Sequence record: MH791411.1
Length of the DNA: 64,000 nucleotides
Source: Escherichia phage Ecwhy_1
Reading direction: 5' to 3' (one strand)
Position 1 is the first letter of the stretch. Every line of letters begins with the position of its first letter. A program made the position numbers and the translations under genes. Positions 19,642 through 29,041 of this stretch are shown piece by piece. The notes under the pieces were generated by a model that was not told the origin of the DNA, did not search any database, and saw only the letters and a program-made list of their open reading frames with translations.

Positions 19642-20769
19642 ATGACAATTTCATTCAACAATGGGTCAGGTGGTTCATGTAATAATTCTGGCATCAAAAG
19701 TTTAGTTATTAACGCTGCTGGACATTTAATTGTAACCTATTCCGACAATACAATCCAAGACCTAGGTCTAGTGGTTGGACAAAATGGTGCTAACGGTAGA
19801 AACTTTTATCCAAATGAGATAGGTTTTGAAGTTCCTAATGAACTCTTCCGTGTTGGTGAAGAACTAGGGTGGTGTTATCTTAGTCTTGCAAATGGCACTA
19901 GTACTTTATATTTCAAATCAAACGATGCACAAGAAGCAATTAGTACTTGGAACCGTGTAGAGTTTGGTAAAGGCGATACTGGTGAAACTGGTAAACCATT
20001 CCACATTGACAGTTCTGGTACGGTGTTTCCAACAACTGGTCTTTTCAATAATTACACATTCTATAATACTGAAGATGGTAAATTATATTTCTATCAAAGC
20101 GTAACTGCAACATGGAGTGATGGTATTCCTTTCCGTGGTGAACAAGGTCTACGTGGTCGTTTCCATATTGATAGTACTGGTAGTCAATTCCCAAGCATTG
20201 ATAATCTACCACAAGATTATTGCTTCTATAACACGACAGATGGTAATTTGTATTATGTCGATATCGTAACTACATCATCAACCCCAACTAAAGAGTGGAG
20301 TGCTGGTATCTTATTCCGTGGAAAAGACGGTGAAGAAGGTAAGCAAGGTGAACAAGGTATTCAGGGTGAACCAGGTAAAGATACAGTTGTTATCATCAAC
20401 ACTATTGATCATTCATGGACTAACGCATTGTTAGTTATTGGTACATGCCCTGCTGGATACCTAGTAACTAATATCGAAGTTGATATTAACCAAGCATATG
20501 ATGAACCAGTAAATGAAATGTTTGTACGTTTCGGTGGTGAAGCACAAGAAGATATTGGTGGTACTGTAATTGCACCTGTTGATTATTTCGATATCAACCG
20601 CAAAATGCGTTACATTGTTAACGAAACCAACCACGAAGTATCAAGTAAAGATGAAATCATTTCTTGTGTATTCAATGATTCCGTAAACAACAGTTCATTT
20701 GGTGAAATGAAGATCGTTTGTACTTTATCATGGCAAGCACCTATTCAGCCTATTCAAGATAACATTTAA
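19642..20769 (+). CDS. Collagen-like tail fibre protein
   Basis: Gly-X-Y run GKDGEEGKQGEQGIQGEPGKD, plus shorter GKGDTGETGKP and GEQGLRG. Track start 19606 is TTG; ATG 19642 has acAAGGGAaatatt upstream. Confidence 0.7.
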   Translation: MTISFNNGSGGSCNNSGIKSLVINAAGHLIVTYSDNTIQDLGLVVGQNGANGRNFYPNEIGFEVPNELFRVGEELGWCYLSLANGTSTLYFKSNDAQEAISTWNRVEFGKGDTGETGKPFHIDSSGTVFPTTGLFNNYTFYNTEDGKLYFYQSVTATWSDGIPFRGEQGLRGRFHIDSTGSQFPSIDNLPQDYCFYNTTDGNLYYVDIVTTSSTPTKEWSAGILFRGKDGEEGKQGEQGIQGEPGKDTVVIINTIDHSWTNALLVIGTCPAGYLVTNIEVDINQAYDEPVNEMFVRFGGEAQEDIGGTVIAPVDYFDINRKMRYIVNETNHEVSSKDEIISCVFNDSVNNSSFGEMKIVCTLSWQAPIQPIQDNI

Positions 20770-20783
20770 AAGAGGGTTGATAA

Positions 20784-22925
20784 ATGGCAGTTTTTTCCAA
20801 TTTAGAAGGGACCATGATGCCAACATTCAAGTTGGGTAAACGTGGTGCTTCTATTAATTTTGTAAACGATTCTGTCGCAATCAAAGACTTTTTAGGCGAA
20901 ACGTTCCTACCTGTTAAGGTGGGAACTCCTAATGACGATGATTCCGCAGTAAACGTTAGGTATCTTGAAGATAACCCAAATGCTTTATTTGGCGTACTTC
21001 CACCAACAAATGACATTGGTAAAAATAACAACACTTATTTTCAAGTTGATTCTGAGGGTATTGTTGATATCTTTGCAAAAACAAATGATGTTTGGGTAAA
21101 ATCATTATACATTAATAAAAATGTCCTTTCCAGTGTTAACGGTGCTGATTATATCGGACTTATTACTGGAGGAACACTTCAACAGGCACAGTTTTACATA
21201 ACTCCAGAAGAGTTTGGTGCAAAAGGTGATGGCATCACTGATGACACGGCGGCGGTTAACGCATGTGCAGTTTATGCTAAAGAACACAAAATCCAAATTC
21301 AAGCTGGTGGTAATTATCGTATCAGAACTGCTGTTTATTTGAATGATATTCAATGGTTTGGTGGTACAATCACTGGTAACGGTGGCACAATGGTATCGGT
21401 ACTGAATAGTACAATCCAACAAGCAACATTAACAGGATGTTATTTAAAATTCTTTGGTGGTAATGGTAAATTTTATTTTAATAAATTTATTAATATTACA
21501 AGTACTGCTGCATTTCTAATGCAAGGTATGACTGAATCAGGTACTATCGACTTCTGCTTTAATGAAATGACACAATGTAAGTACGGTGTTCTTCAGCAAG
21601 GCACTGGTGAGAAAATGACCGTTGGGCGTTATTCATACAACCACATCCATGATATATATGGTGATGCAATTGAATTGAACGTAGTCAACTCACATTACCC
21701 AGACGGATTTGTAATAGAAGGTAACTTGATTGAAAACGTAGATGGTACAAATGCACCAATTCCTCTTTCAAACTGGGGTATTGGTATCGGTGTTGCAGGT
21801 TCTGGTCCTTATGATGTGAATGCTGATGATTCACAATATGTAAAAAAATTCGTTATAAAAAATAACCGCTTGTACAATGTCCGTCAATGTATTCACGTTG
21901 AGTTGGGTAAAGACTTTAAAATTCTCAATAATGAAGTTTATCCATCAACGTTGGTATCAATTGGTACTGGTTTGACAACCGCTGGTGTAATTACTTATGG
22001 TTCTGTTGATTTTATTATTGATGGCCTATCTGGGCATCTATTAAATGATCCATCAGTAACTAACCGTATGGTTTCTATTAACTGGGGCGTAACATCTGGT
22101 AAATTTGCTGGTCCTCCACGAAACTTTAAATTATGTAATCTCCACATTCCTGAGTCGTCTATTATTGTGTATACTTCAGGCTCTGATAATTGGCTAAATA
22201 CTACTGAACTTTCTAATATTACATGTAGTAGAATTCAATGGCGTGGATTGCCGTCATCTTCCAAGTTTAATAATATCAGTACTAAAGAACTTGATGTTAT
22301 TGGACAACACCTTGCAACTGAAGGTGAAGGAGGGGGCTTATATACTCGCTCTAAATATACATATACCAACTGGACTAATTGTGTTGTTCAAGATGATTGT
22401 AACATATCAAAATATAGTTTCTCAAGAATGTATGTTGACCGTATTGACCAATCATCTAATAACTTTAAAGTAACCACTGCAATTGATGGAACGGGTCATC
22501 GTGGACCTGTAGTAATACCTGTAGTTGAACAGTATTACGTGCCTTATGATGTTTTTCCTGGTGGGAGATATTTCCCAGCAGGAACAATTATCCATAAACA
22601 ATCAGGTGGAAAATTTATTGTTACAGTAGGTGGTTCTTTCTTTGGTCGATATGACACAATTAGACAAACAGTTGCAGGACAAACTTATATCGAAGCATTG
22701 GGTGTATCATGGGGTGATAATCAATATGCTAAAGCTGCTGGAACCGAAATCCTAATCACAGGAGCAGGGGAAAATGGCGAAGATTTAAAAACATATATCA
22801 CTAGAGCAGTTTATGTTGTTAATAATGCGTATCGTATCGATATTGCCGATCCGATTGTTACTGCTACCGCAGCAGGGGCATTATTGAAAGCTGCTCAACC
22901 AATAACATATATCACCCTATCTTAA
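20784..22925 (+). CDS. Tailspike-like receptor-binding protein with right-handed beta-helix (pectate-lyase-type) domain, putative depolymerase
   Basis: FYITPEEFGAKGDGITDDTAAVNACAVYAKEHKIQIQAGGNYRI is the hallmark cap of tailspike / pectate_lyase_3 beta-helices. Rung-like IEGNLIENVDG, IKNNRLYNV and ILNNEVY follow. The N-terminal ~60 aa are shared with the next ORF. Confidence 0.7.
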   Translation: MAVFSNLEGTMMPTFKLGKRGASINFVNDSVAIKDFLGETFLPVKVGTPNDDDSAVNVRYLEDNPNALFGVLPPTNDIGKNNNTYFQVDSEGIVDIFAKTNDVWVKSLYINKNVLSSVNGADYIGLITGGTLQQAQFYITPEEFGAKGDGITDDTAAVNACAVYAKEHKIQIQAGGNYRIRTAVYLNDIQWFGGTITGNGGTMVSVLNSTIQQATLTGCYLKFFGGNGKFYFNKFINITSTAAFLMQGMTESGTIDFCFNEMTQCKYGVLQQGTGEKMTVGRYSYNHIHDIYGDAIELNVVNSHYPDGFVIEGNLIENVDGTNAPIPLSNWGIGIGVAGSGPYDVNADDSQYVKKFVIKNNRLYNVRQCIHVELGKDFKILNNEVYPSTLVSIGTGLTTAGVITYGSVDFIIDGLSGHLLNDPSVTNRMVSINWGVTSGKFAGPPRNFKLCNLHIPESSIIVYTSGSDNWLNTTELSNITCSRIQWRGLPSSSKFNNISTKELDVIGQHLATEGEGGGLYTRSKYTYTNWTNCVVQDDCNISKYSFSRMYVDRIDQSSNNFKVTTAIDGTGHRGPVVIPVVEQYYVPYDVFPGGRYFPAGTIIHKQSGGKFIVTVGGSFFGRYDTIRQTVAGQTYIEALGVSWGDNQYAKAAGTEILITGAGENGEDLKTYITRAVYVVNNAYRIDIADPIVTATAAGALLKAAQPITYITLS

Positions 22926-22939
22926 AGGAGATTATAAAA

Positions 22940-23839
22940 ATGGCAGTTTTTTCTAATTTAGAAGGAACCATGAAGAAGACCTTCATACTTGGTAAAAATG
23001 GTGCACAAATTGCCACTAATGGTAATGTTGTTCAAATCCAGAACTACACGGGTACACAACTTCTTCCTGTTTCAGCAGGTGACCCAACCGCAAATACACA
23101 CTTGGTTACATTGGGTTATTTGAATACACATAGCGGTGGTGGTGGTGGTTCCGGTATTTTACGTGGAACTATTGCACCATCTGAATCAATCGGTGTAGAT
23201 GGTGACGCTTACTTCTTAGTTGACAGTACTAATATTATTCAGATCTATATTAAAGACCTTGGTGTTTGGAAGCCTCTCCAAAGCACAACTCCAGGTACTG
23301 ATAGTTCTTACGTTACTACTGAAATCGTTCCTGTATCGGCATTTACATTAGTTCCTGGAACAACAGATCAATATACTTATTCTTTGCCTGAATCAGTACA
23401 TGGTCGTGGTCCAGATATTATGGTTCAGCTACAGGGTGATCCTGGTAACATCCCACTTGACACTGTATTCCAAACTAACGTCACTGTGAGTGGTATTGGT
23501 GACATTACGATTGATGTTATTGGTCAAATCACTGAATACACAAGTGTCAAAGTCAACATCATAGGAGCAACAACAATGACAGTACCTTATAGTAAATTAA
23601 TTAATATAGCAGATTGGGTAGCATCTGGTGATGATTACACCATTACTGTTCCAGCGTCAGAACATAACCAAACACCTGACAATTTGTATATTTCTATATA
23701 TTCAAATAAAACACCAGGCAGTACAGCAGCATCACCATTTGAACTGGTAATAACCGAAACTCAAATTGATGCAAGTGGTAATGTTACATTCACTTCTGAC
23801 GAAGCGTTTAGTGGTAAAATAGTAATTTCCGGTAAATAA
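22940..23839 (+). CDS. Short tail fibre sharing the N-terminal adaptor of the tailspike
   Basis: Begins MAVFSNLEGTM.., the same first 11 residues as ORF 20784. Gly run HSGGGGGSG. RBS aaaGGAGattataaaaATG. Confidence 0.6.
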   Translation: MAVFSNLEGTMKKTFILGKNGAQIATNGNVVQIQNYTGTQLLPVSAGDPTANTHLVTLGYLNTHSGGGGGSGILRGTIAPSESIGVDGDAYFLVDSTNIIQIYIKDLGVWKPLQSTTPGTDSSYVTTEIVPVSAFTLVPGTTDQYTYSLPESVHGRGPDIMVQLQGDPGNIPLDTVFQTNVTVSGIGDITIDVIGQITEYTSVKVNIIGATTMTVPYSKLINIADWVASGDDYTITVPASEHNQTPDNLYISIYSNKTPGSTAASPFELVITETQIDASGNVTFTSDEAFSGKIVISGK

Positions 23840-23848
23840 AAAAAATAG

Positions 23849-23881
23849 TCCAGACTATGATTCATCTAGTCTGGATTTTTT
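23849..23881 (+). terminator. Rho-independent terminator
   Basis: tccagacta-tgattcatc-tagtctgga (9-bp stem) followed by TTTTTT. Confidence 0.75.
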
Positions 23882-23889
23882 ATATCAAT

Positions 23890-23913
23890 AACTAAATATA
23901 TGTATATTAACAA
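23890..23913 (+). promoter_or_regulatory. Conserved promoter/leader box of giant fibre gene 1 (contains TAAATA)
   Basis: aacTAAATAtatgtatattaacaa matches 23 of 24 nt of the box at 28972-28995, at the same distance (44 vs 46 nt) from the start codon. Confidence 0.55.
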
Positions 23914-23957
23914 GGTCAAATGTATTTTATGCTTTTTGCCTATTTGGAGGGAACTAA

Positions 23958-26900
23958 ATGTACTCGATTAAAACAGATCTCGATATAACTGGTGGTGCAA
24001 CGGTTGCTAAAGATCTTCTTGTGAAAGGCGATGCAGTATTCAATAAAAATCTAACAGTTAATGGAACTGTAACTTTTGCTGACGCTGTATTCACTGCAAT
24101 TGAAGCAGAAACTGTAGACATTTCATCTACACTAGATGTTGCTGGTAAAGCATCATTGAATGGTGGAATTGAAGTTCATGGTAATTCCGTAATTGGTAAT
24201 TTGCCTGTTGGTTCTGATACTGCAACGATTAATTCTAATGCACAATTCCAAAGCCCAGTATCAATGGCAGGTAATCTAACACAAACCGCTGGCACTGCTG
24301 TACTAAAAGATACCCAAGTGGCATCAATGGATGTTCTTGGGACTTCTTCATTTAAAGGTAATATTACTGCTGAAACTGGCACTACCGCAGCATTTGACAA
24401 AATAACTGCAACTGATGCAACATTCACAAACACTGCAACTACTGATATCACATCAACTGGAACTGCAAACTTTAAAGATGTGAATATTTCCGGTACACTA
24501 GGTGGAACATTTAGTCTATCTGATGTTAATGCAACAACTCTAACTGTTTCTGGTTTAACCAGTCTACAAGGTGGTGTTACATTAGGTTCCAACATTACTG
24601 GTGTGAATAGTAGTGCAAACTTCCGTGATATTAAAATTGGTTCCAATGCTGCAAACACTAACTACCGTTTGAGCTTTAACTATTCTGCTCCAAGTCTTCG
24701 TCCAACTGTAATTCTACAGAACGAAATCCAATCAGAATTGATGTCTCCAGCTACCCTAAGTGTATTGAAAACTGCATCTTTTGGTGATTCGTCACTATCC
24801 ACTTTTGGTATTACTGGTAATGGTCTAAACAAACTAGATTACCTAACAGTATCTGGTAACTCTGTTCAAGATCCAACAACTCCACTATTACAAGTAACTT
24901 CAGGTAAAACTAAAGTTCATGATTTCGAAGTAACAGGAACTGCAACTATTCCTAACATTGAAAGTACTGGTACTGCTAATTTTAATAACATCAACGTATC
25001 TGGTACACTCGGTGGTACTTTCAGTCTTGATGATATTGAAGCAAACACACTAACTGTATCCGGTTTAACTAGCCTTGTTGGTGGTGTAACTTTAGGTGCT
25101 GATATTTCCGGTGCTAATAGTACTGCTAATTTTAAAGCAGTAAGTTTAGGACAAAACGCCGCCGATGCTAACGTTAAGTATGGTTTTGCTTATTCTGCCC
25201 CTGGTGCTCGCCCAACTGTAATTCTACAAAATGAAATTCAGTCTGAGCTAGTATCTCCAGCAGTACTTAATGTACAAAAAACTGCAACCTTTGGTGATGC
25301 ATCTCTTGCAACCTATGGTATCACAGGTAACGGTCTAAACAAACTAGATTATCTATCTATTACTGGTAATGGTACACAAAGTCCAGCTACCCCACAACTA
25401 CAAGTTGCTGGTAAATCAGTACTAAATGATGTTGAATTCACTGGTACTGTAACTGGTCTAACTGTTGATGTGAGTGGACAAGATCTAACTCCTAAATCAG
25501 TAGATGCTGCTGAAGCAATCAAAGGTCAAACCCTTGAATCAGTTGGTCAAACCACAGTAGGAACTAACCTACAAGTTGGTGGAACTGCTAATGTTGTTGG
25601 TGCACTAACTGGTACTGCTGCTACCTTCACTGGTGATGTAAGTGCTGCTAAAGGTACTTTCAGTGGTGATGTTAGCGTTACTGGTCAAACTGTAACTGTA
25701 CGTGATTTAGTAGTAACTGGTACAACTACTGGTGTAACTGCCCAAGCTGATGTTGATGGTCTTGATATCGCCCCAAATAAAGTTGATGTTACAACAACAC
25801 TATCTGTTGCTGGGGACACTACTTTAGCTGGCCTAACTGCTAGTTCAGTAACCAGTACTGGTGATGTTACTGGTGCGTCTGTATCTGGTAATACAGTAAC
25901 TGCGGCTGGGGCACTATCTGGTGGTTCTCTTGCAGTAACTGGTGCTGGTTCTATGGCTTCACTAACTGTTCCAAGTATTACTGGTGACACTACTTTTGCT
26001 AATAACGTAACTATTACTGGAACACTAACTCCGAGTAGTATAGATTTAAGCACTACTGATGTAAGTGCTGCTTCTTTAACAACTACTGGTAACGTAACTG
26101 TTGGTGGTTCTCTTGCAGTAACTGGTGCTATTGATTTGTCTGCTGCTGATGTAGTAACAAAATCAGTTAGTGCAACTAACCCAAGTACATTTGGTGTAAT
26201 TAATGCATCTTCTGTTGCCGCAACTGGTGACGTTTCAGGTGGCACACTAACTACTACTGGTGCAGCGAAAGTAGGAACACTAACTAGTACTGGTGTAGTA
26301 TCTGGTTCGCGTTTGTCTTCTGGTACTGCAACAATCACAACTTCTGTAACAGTTCCAACTTTACAAGCTGAAGCTGCTGGTGCTGGTACACTAAATCTAG
26401 CAAGTAATGTTGTCGCGGCAAAAGATCTAACTGTCACTGGTGTATTCAAACCTGAAGGTGGTCTTGATCTAACAACTGTTGATATTACTGCAAACTCACT
26501 AACTACTACTGCTGATGTTAATGTTGGTGGAAACTTAGTAGTTGATGGTACTTTTGACCTAAGTGCTGCTGATGTGTCTGTGAAATCTCTTGCAAGTGCA
26601 GAGACAATTACAAGTGCTGGTGTTATTACCGTTACCGATTCAACCAATACTAGTTCGTTACCTAAAATTACTTCAACTGATGCAACACTCTTTACAGTAA
26701 ATGCAGGTACTATTAATGCAACTGGTAACAGTGTACTACAAAGTGTATCAGCTACTCAAGTAACTGCTAATAGTGCTGAATTTTCTGGTGGTGGCCTTGG
26801 TCTTCAAGTTGATAATGATGCAAACGTTGGTGGTGCATTATCTGTTGGTGGCATTGCAACTGTTGGTTCTTTAACAACAACTGCTGCTTCTCTTAATATT

Positions 26901-28892
26901 GCAAAAAATACTGCAATCACTGGTGATTTAGCTGTATCTGGCACACTAACTGCTGGTTCAATCGACCTAAGCAATACTGATGTAACCGTTAAATCTCTTG
27001 ATTCACTAGGTAACGCACACATTGCTGGTAACCTAACTGTAGATGGTGCATTCGACTTAAGTGCAACTAACCTTGTAGCTGCAAGTCTAGCAAGTACTGG
27101 TTCTACTACTGTTGGAACTGATCTAGTACTAACAACTGGTGTTGTGACTGGTAGCCCAGCTATCTCTGGTAATACAACAATCGGTGGAACTCTTGGTGTA
27201 ACTGGTGCTGTTAACCTAACTGATATTGTTAATATCGGTAAGAAAGTAACAGTGAGTACTGGTGGTATTCAGGTAGTTGATGGTGGTATCAATACTAACA
27301 CAATTAACGTTTCTGGTGCTTCTACTCTAGCAGGAACTTCCATTACTGGAACTTTAGGTGTAACTGGTGCTTCTACTCTAGCAGGTGTATCTGCGACATC
27401 ACTAACAGTTTCTGGTGACAGTACTGTTCAGAAACTAACTGTCCAAGGTGAATTGATCCCACAAGGTGGTCTTGACCTAAGCGGTGCAGACATTACTGCT
27501 AATAGTCTAACTACTGCGACAACTATCAATGCAACTGGCCTAAGTACTCTAAGTGGTGGTGTTAGTACTTCTACTGTGACTGCATCTGGTCTAGCAACTG
27601 TTGGAAGTTTAACTTCTACTGCAAACGCATCAGTTGGTGGTAATTTGGGTGTAACTGGAACTCTAGGTGTTACTGGTGCAACTACTGTATCTTCACTAAC
27701 AGCTACTGGTGCAGTGAAAACTGGTACAACCCTAACTGTTGGTACTCCAGTTGGTGAACAACCTGAAACTGTACAGATCATTCCAGATACTTATATTGCT
27801 GGTAAATTGCGTGTAATCGGTGGTATTAACGCTGAAATCGACGTAAGTGGTCAAACACTAGAACCATATGCAATTGAAGCTGCTGCAACACTATCTGCTG
27901 TTGGTAACATTACTTCTGGTGCAACCATCGTTTCTAAAGCTGCAACAATTGGTGATGTTGGTTCACAAAACAACAACCTAACTGTTAATGGTAACGTAGT
28001 AACTAATGGTGACTTCACCGTTACTGGTGTACTAAATGCACAATTGAACCAAGCAGATTCCGATGTAGCTGTTAAGTCTTTGACTGCAACTAATAACGTT
28101 GCGGCTGGTACTTCAATCACTGCTGGAACATCCATCACTGCATCAGGCTTACTAAAAGGTAATTCGTTAGAAGTCACCACTACTGGTTCATTTGGTGGTG
28201 CAGTAACTATGTCAAGTGGTGCAAACATCACTGGTACTGTTGGTATCACTGCTGGTGACCTAACAGTAGGTGGTAATATCTCTGCAACTGGTACTGCTGG
28301 ATTCGGTGCAACAACCGTTTCTACCATTACAACATCAGGTTTAGCTACCCTTGCAAGTGCATCTGTAACTGGTGCTCTAACTGTAGGTGGTACATTAACT
28401 GCAAATGGTAACACTGTGATTGGTGATGCTGCTGCTGATACTTTAACTGTAAATGCAACATCTACATTTAAAGAGAACGCAACATTTGATAAGAACCTAA
28501 CAGTGACTGGTTCTATTAACACCACCACTGCAAACTTCACTACAAACAACATGGTAACTAAGAAATATTCTGTTATCCCTGCTAGTGTTACTGCTTCTAC
28601 TGCTGCTGTAGGTGGCACTTGGACACCAGATGGTACTACTAACGTATATCGCTTAACTCTTGACCAAAGTGTTACAATGGATTCCATCGCGGGTCTAATT
28701 GGTAGTGGTCAAGCATGTTCAGTGTATATCTATGTAACTCCATCTGTTGCTGATACTACTTTCACCTTCGGTGGTGCATACTCTGTAGTTTCTGGTACAG
28801 TAAGTGCTGTAGTTGGTCAAACAAGTATTATCCAAGTAATCTATGATGGTTTCAGTACTGTGTTTGATACCTTCGTTGCACAACGTGTATAA
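23958..28892 (+). CDS. Giant repeat-rich fibre protein 1 (1,644 aa)
   Basis: N-terminus MYSIKTDLDITGG is shared with ORF 29042. Contains an internal ~170-aa tandem duplication. Has hundreds of degenerate Thr/Gly/Ser/Val-rich repeats (..LTVSGxSTLxGGVTL.., ..DLSAADVxVKSL..) and a distinct ~110-aa C-terminal domain. RBS tttGGAGGGaactaaATG. Confidence 0.8.
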   Translation: MYSIKTDLDITGGATVAKDLLVKGDAVFNKNLTVNGTVTFADAVFTAIEAETVDISSTLDVAGKASLNGGIEVHGNSVIGNLPVGSDTATINSNAQFQSPVSMAGNLTQTAGTAVLKDTQVASMDVLGTSSFKGNITAETGTTAAFDKITATDATFTNTATTDITSTGTANFKDVNISGTLGGTFSLSDVNATTLTVSGLTSLQGGVTLGSNITGVNSSANFRDIKIGSNAANTNYRLSFNYSAPSLRPTVILQNEIQSELMSPATLSVLKTASFGDSSLSTFGITGNGLNKLDYLTVSGNSVQDPTTPLLQVTSGKTKVHDFEVTGTATIPNIESTGTANFNNINVSGTLGGTFSLDDIEANTLTVSGLTSLVGGVTLGADISGANSTANFKAVSLGQNAADANVKYGFAYSAPGARPTVILQNEIQSELVSPAVLNVQKTATFGDASLATYGITGNGLNKLDYLSITGNGTQSPATPQLQVAGKSVLNDVEFTGTVTGLTVDVSGQDLTPKSVDAAEAIKGQTLESVGQTTVGTNLQVGGTANVVGALTGTAATFTGDVSAAKGTFSGDVSVTGQTVTVRDLVVTGTTTGVTAQADVDGLDIAPNKVDVTTTLSVAGDTTLAGLTASSVTSTGDVTGASVSGNTVTAAGALSGGSLAVTGAGSMASLTVPSITGDTTFANNVTITGTLTPSSIDLSTTDVSAASLTTTGNVTVGGSLAVTGAIDLSAADVVTKSVSATNPSTFGVINASSVAATGDVSGGTLTTTGAAKVGTLTSTGVVSGSRLSSGTATITTSVTVPTLQAEAAGAGTLNLASNVVAAKDLTVTGVFKPEGGLDLTTVDITANSLTTTADVNVGGNLVVDGTFDLSAADVSVKSLASAETITSAGVITVTDSTNTSSLPKITSTDATLFTVNAGTINATGNSVLQSVSATQVTANSAEFSGGGLGLQVDNDANVGGALSVGGIATVGSLTTTAASLNIAKNTAITGDLAVSGTLTAGSIDLSNTDVTVKSLDSLGNAHIAGNLTVDGAFDLSATNLVAASLASTGSTTVGTDLVLTTGVVTGSPAISGNTTIGGTLGVTGAVNLTDIVNIGKKVTVSTGGIQVVDGGINTNTINVSGASTLAGTSITGTLGVTGASTLAGVSATSLTVSGDSTVQKLTVQGELIPQGGLDLSGADITANSLTTATTINATGLSTLSGGVSTSTVTASGLATVGSLTSTANASVGGNLGVTGTLGVTGATTVSSLTATGAVKTGTTLTVGTPVGEQPETVQIIPDTYIAGKLRVIGGINAEIDVSGQTLEPYAIEAAATLSAVGNITSGATIVSKAATIGDVGSQNNNLTVNGNVVTNGDFTVTGVLNAQLNQADSDVAVKSLTATNNVAAGTSITAGTSITASGLLKGNSLEVTTTGSFGGAVTMSSGANITGTVGITAGDLTVGGNISATGTAGFGATTVSTITTSGLATLASASVTGALTVGGTLTANGNTVIGDAAADTLTVNATSTFKENATFDKNLTVTGSINTTTANFTTNNMVTKKYSVIPASVTASTAAVGGTWTPDGTTNVYRLTLDQSVTMDSIAGLIGSGQACSVYIYVTPSVADTTFTFGGAYSVVSGTVSAVVGQTSIIQVIYDGFSTVFDTFVAQRV
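24453..25472 (+). repeat. Internal tandem duplication (2 x ~510 nt, ~170 aa) in fibre gene 1
   Basis: STGTANFKDVNISGTLGGTFSLSDVNATTLTVSGLTSL...GITGNGLNKLDYLTVSGN recurs 170 aa later as STGTANFNNINVSGTLGGTFSLDDIEANTLTVSGLTSL...GITGNGLNKLDYLSITGN. Boundaries are approximate. Confidence 0.7.
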
Positions 28893-28910
28893 CATTTTAA
28901 ATTAATAATT

Positions 28911-28943
28911 AAAGCCAACTTTTTTAGTTGGCTTTTTCTTTTG
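28911..28943 (+). terminator. Rho-independent terminator
   Basis: aaagccaac-ttttttta-gttggcttt followed by ttcttttg. Confidence 0.7.
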
Positions 28944-28971
28944 TATTAGATAATAGTGTTTTTGTGAATTA

Positions 28972-28995
28972 AACTAAATATAAGTATATTAACAA
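28972..28995 (+). promoter_or_regulatory. Conserved promoter/leader box of giant fibre gene 2 (contains TAAATA)
   Basis: aacTAAATAtaagtatattaacaa is a duplicate of the box at 23890-23913. Confidence 0.55.
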
Positions 28996-29041
28996 AAGAT
29001 GGGTTATGAATATATAGTTCATCGTTATAGGAGGGGACTCT

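Noticed and set aside
23914-29041. Short upstream ORFs in the leaders of the two giant fibre genes (22 and 18 codons, overlapping the SD and start)
   Set aside because: The two leaders are homologous at the DNA level, but the uORF peptides (MYFMLFAYLEGT.. versus MGYEYIVHRYRRG..) are unrelated and lack SDs. They are probably fortuitous.
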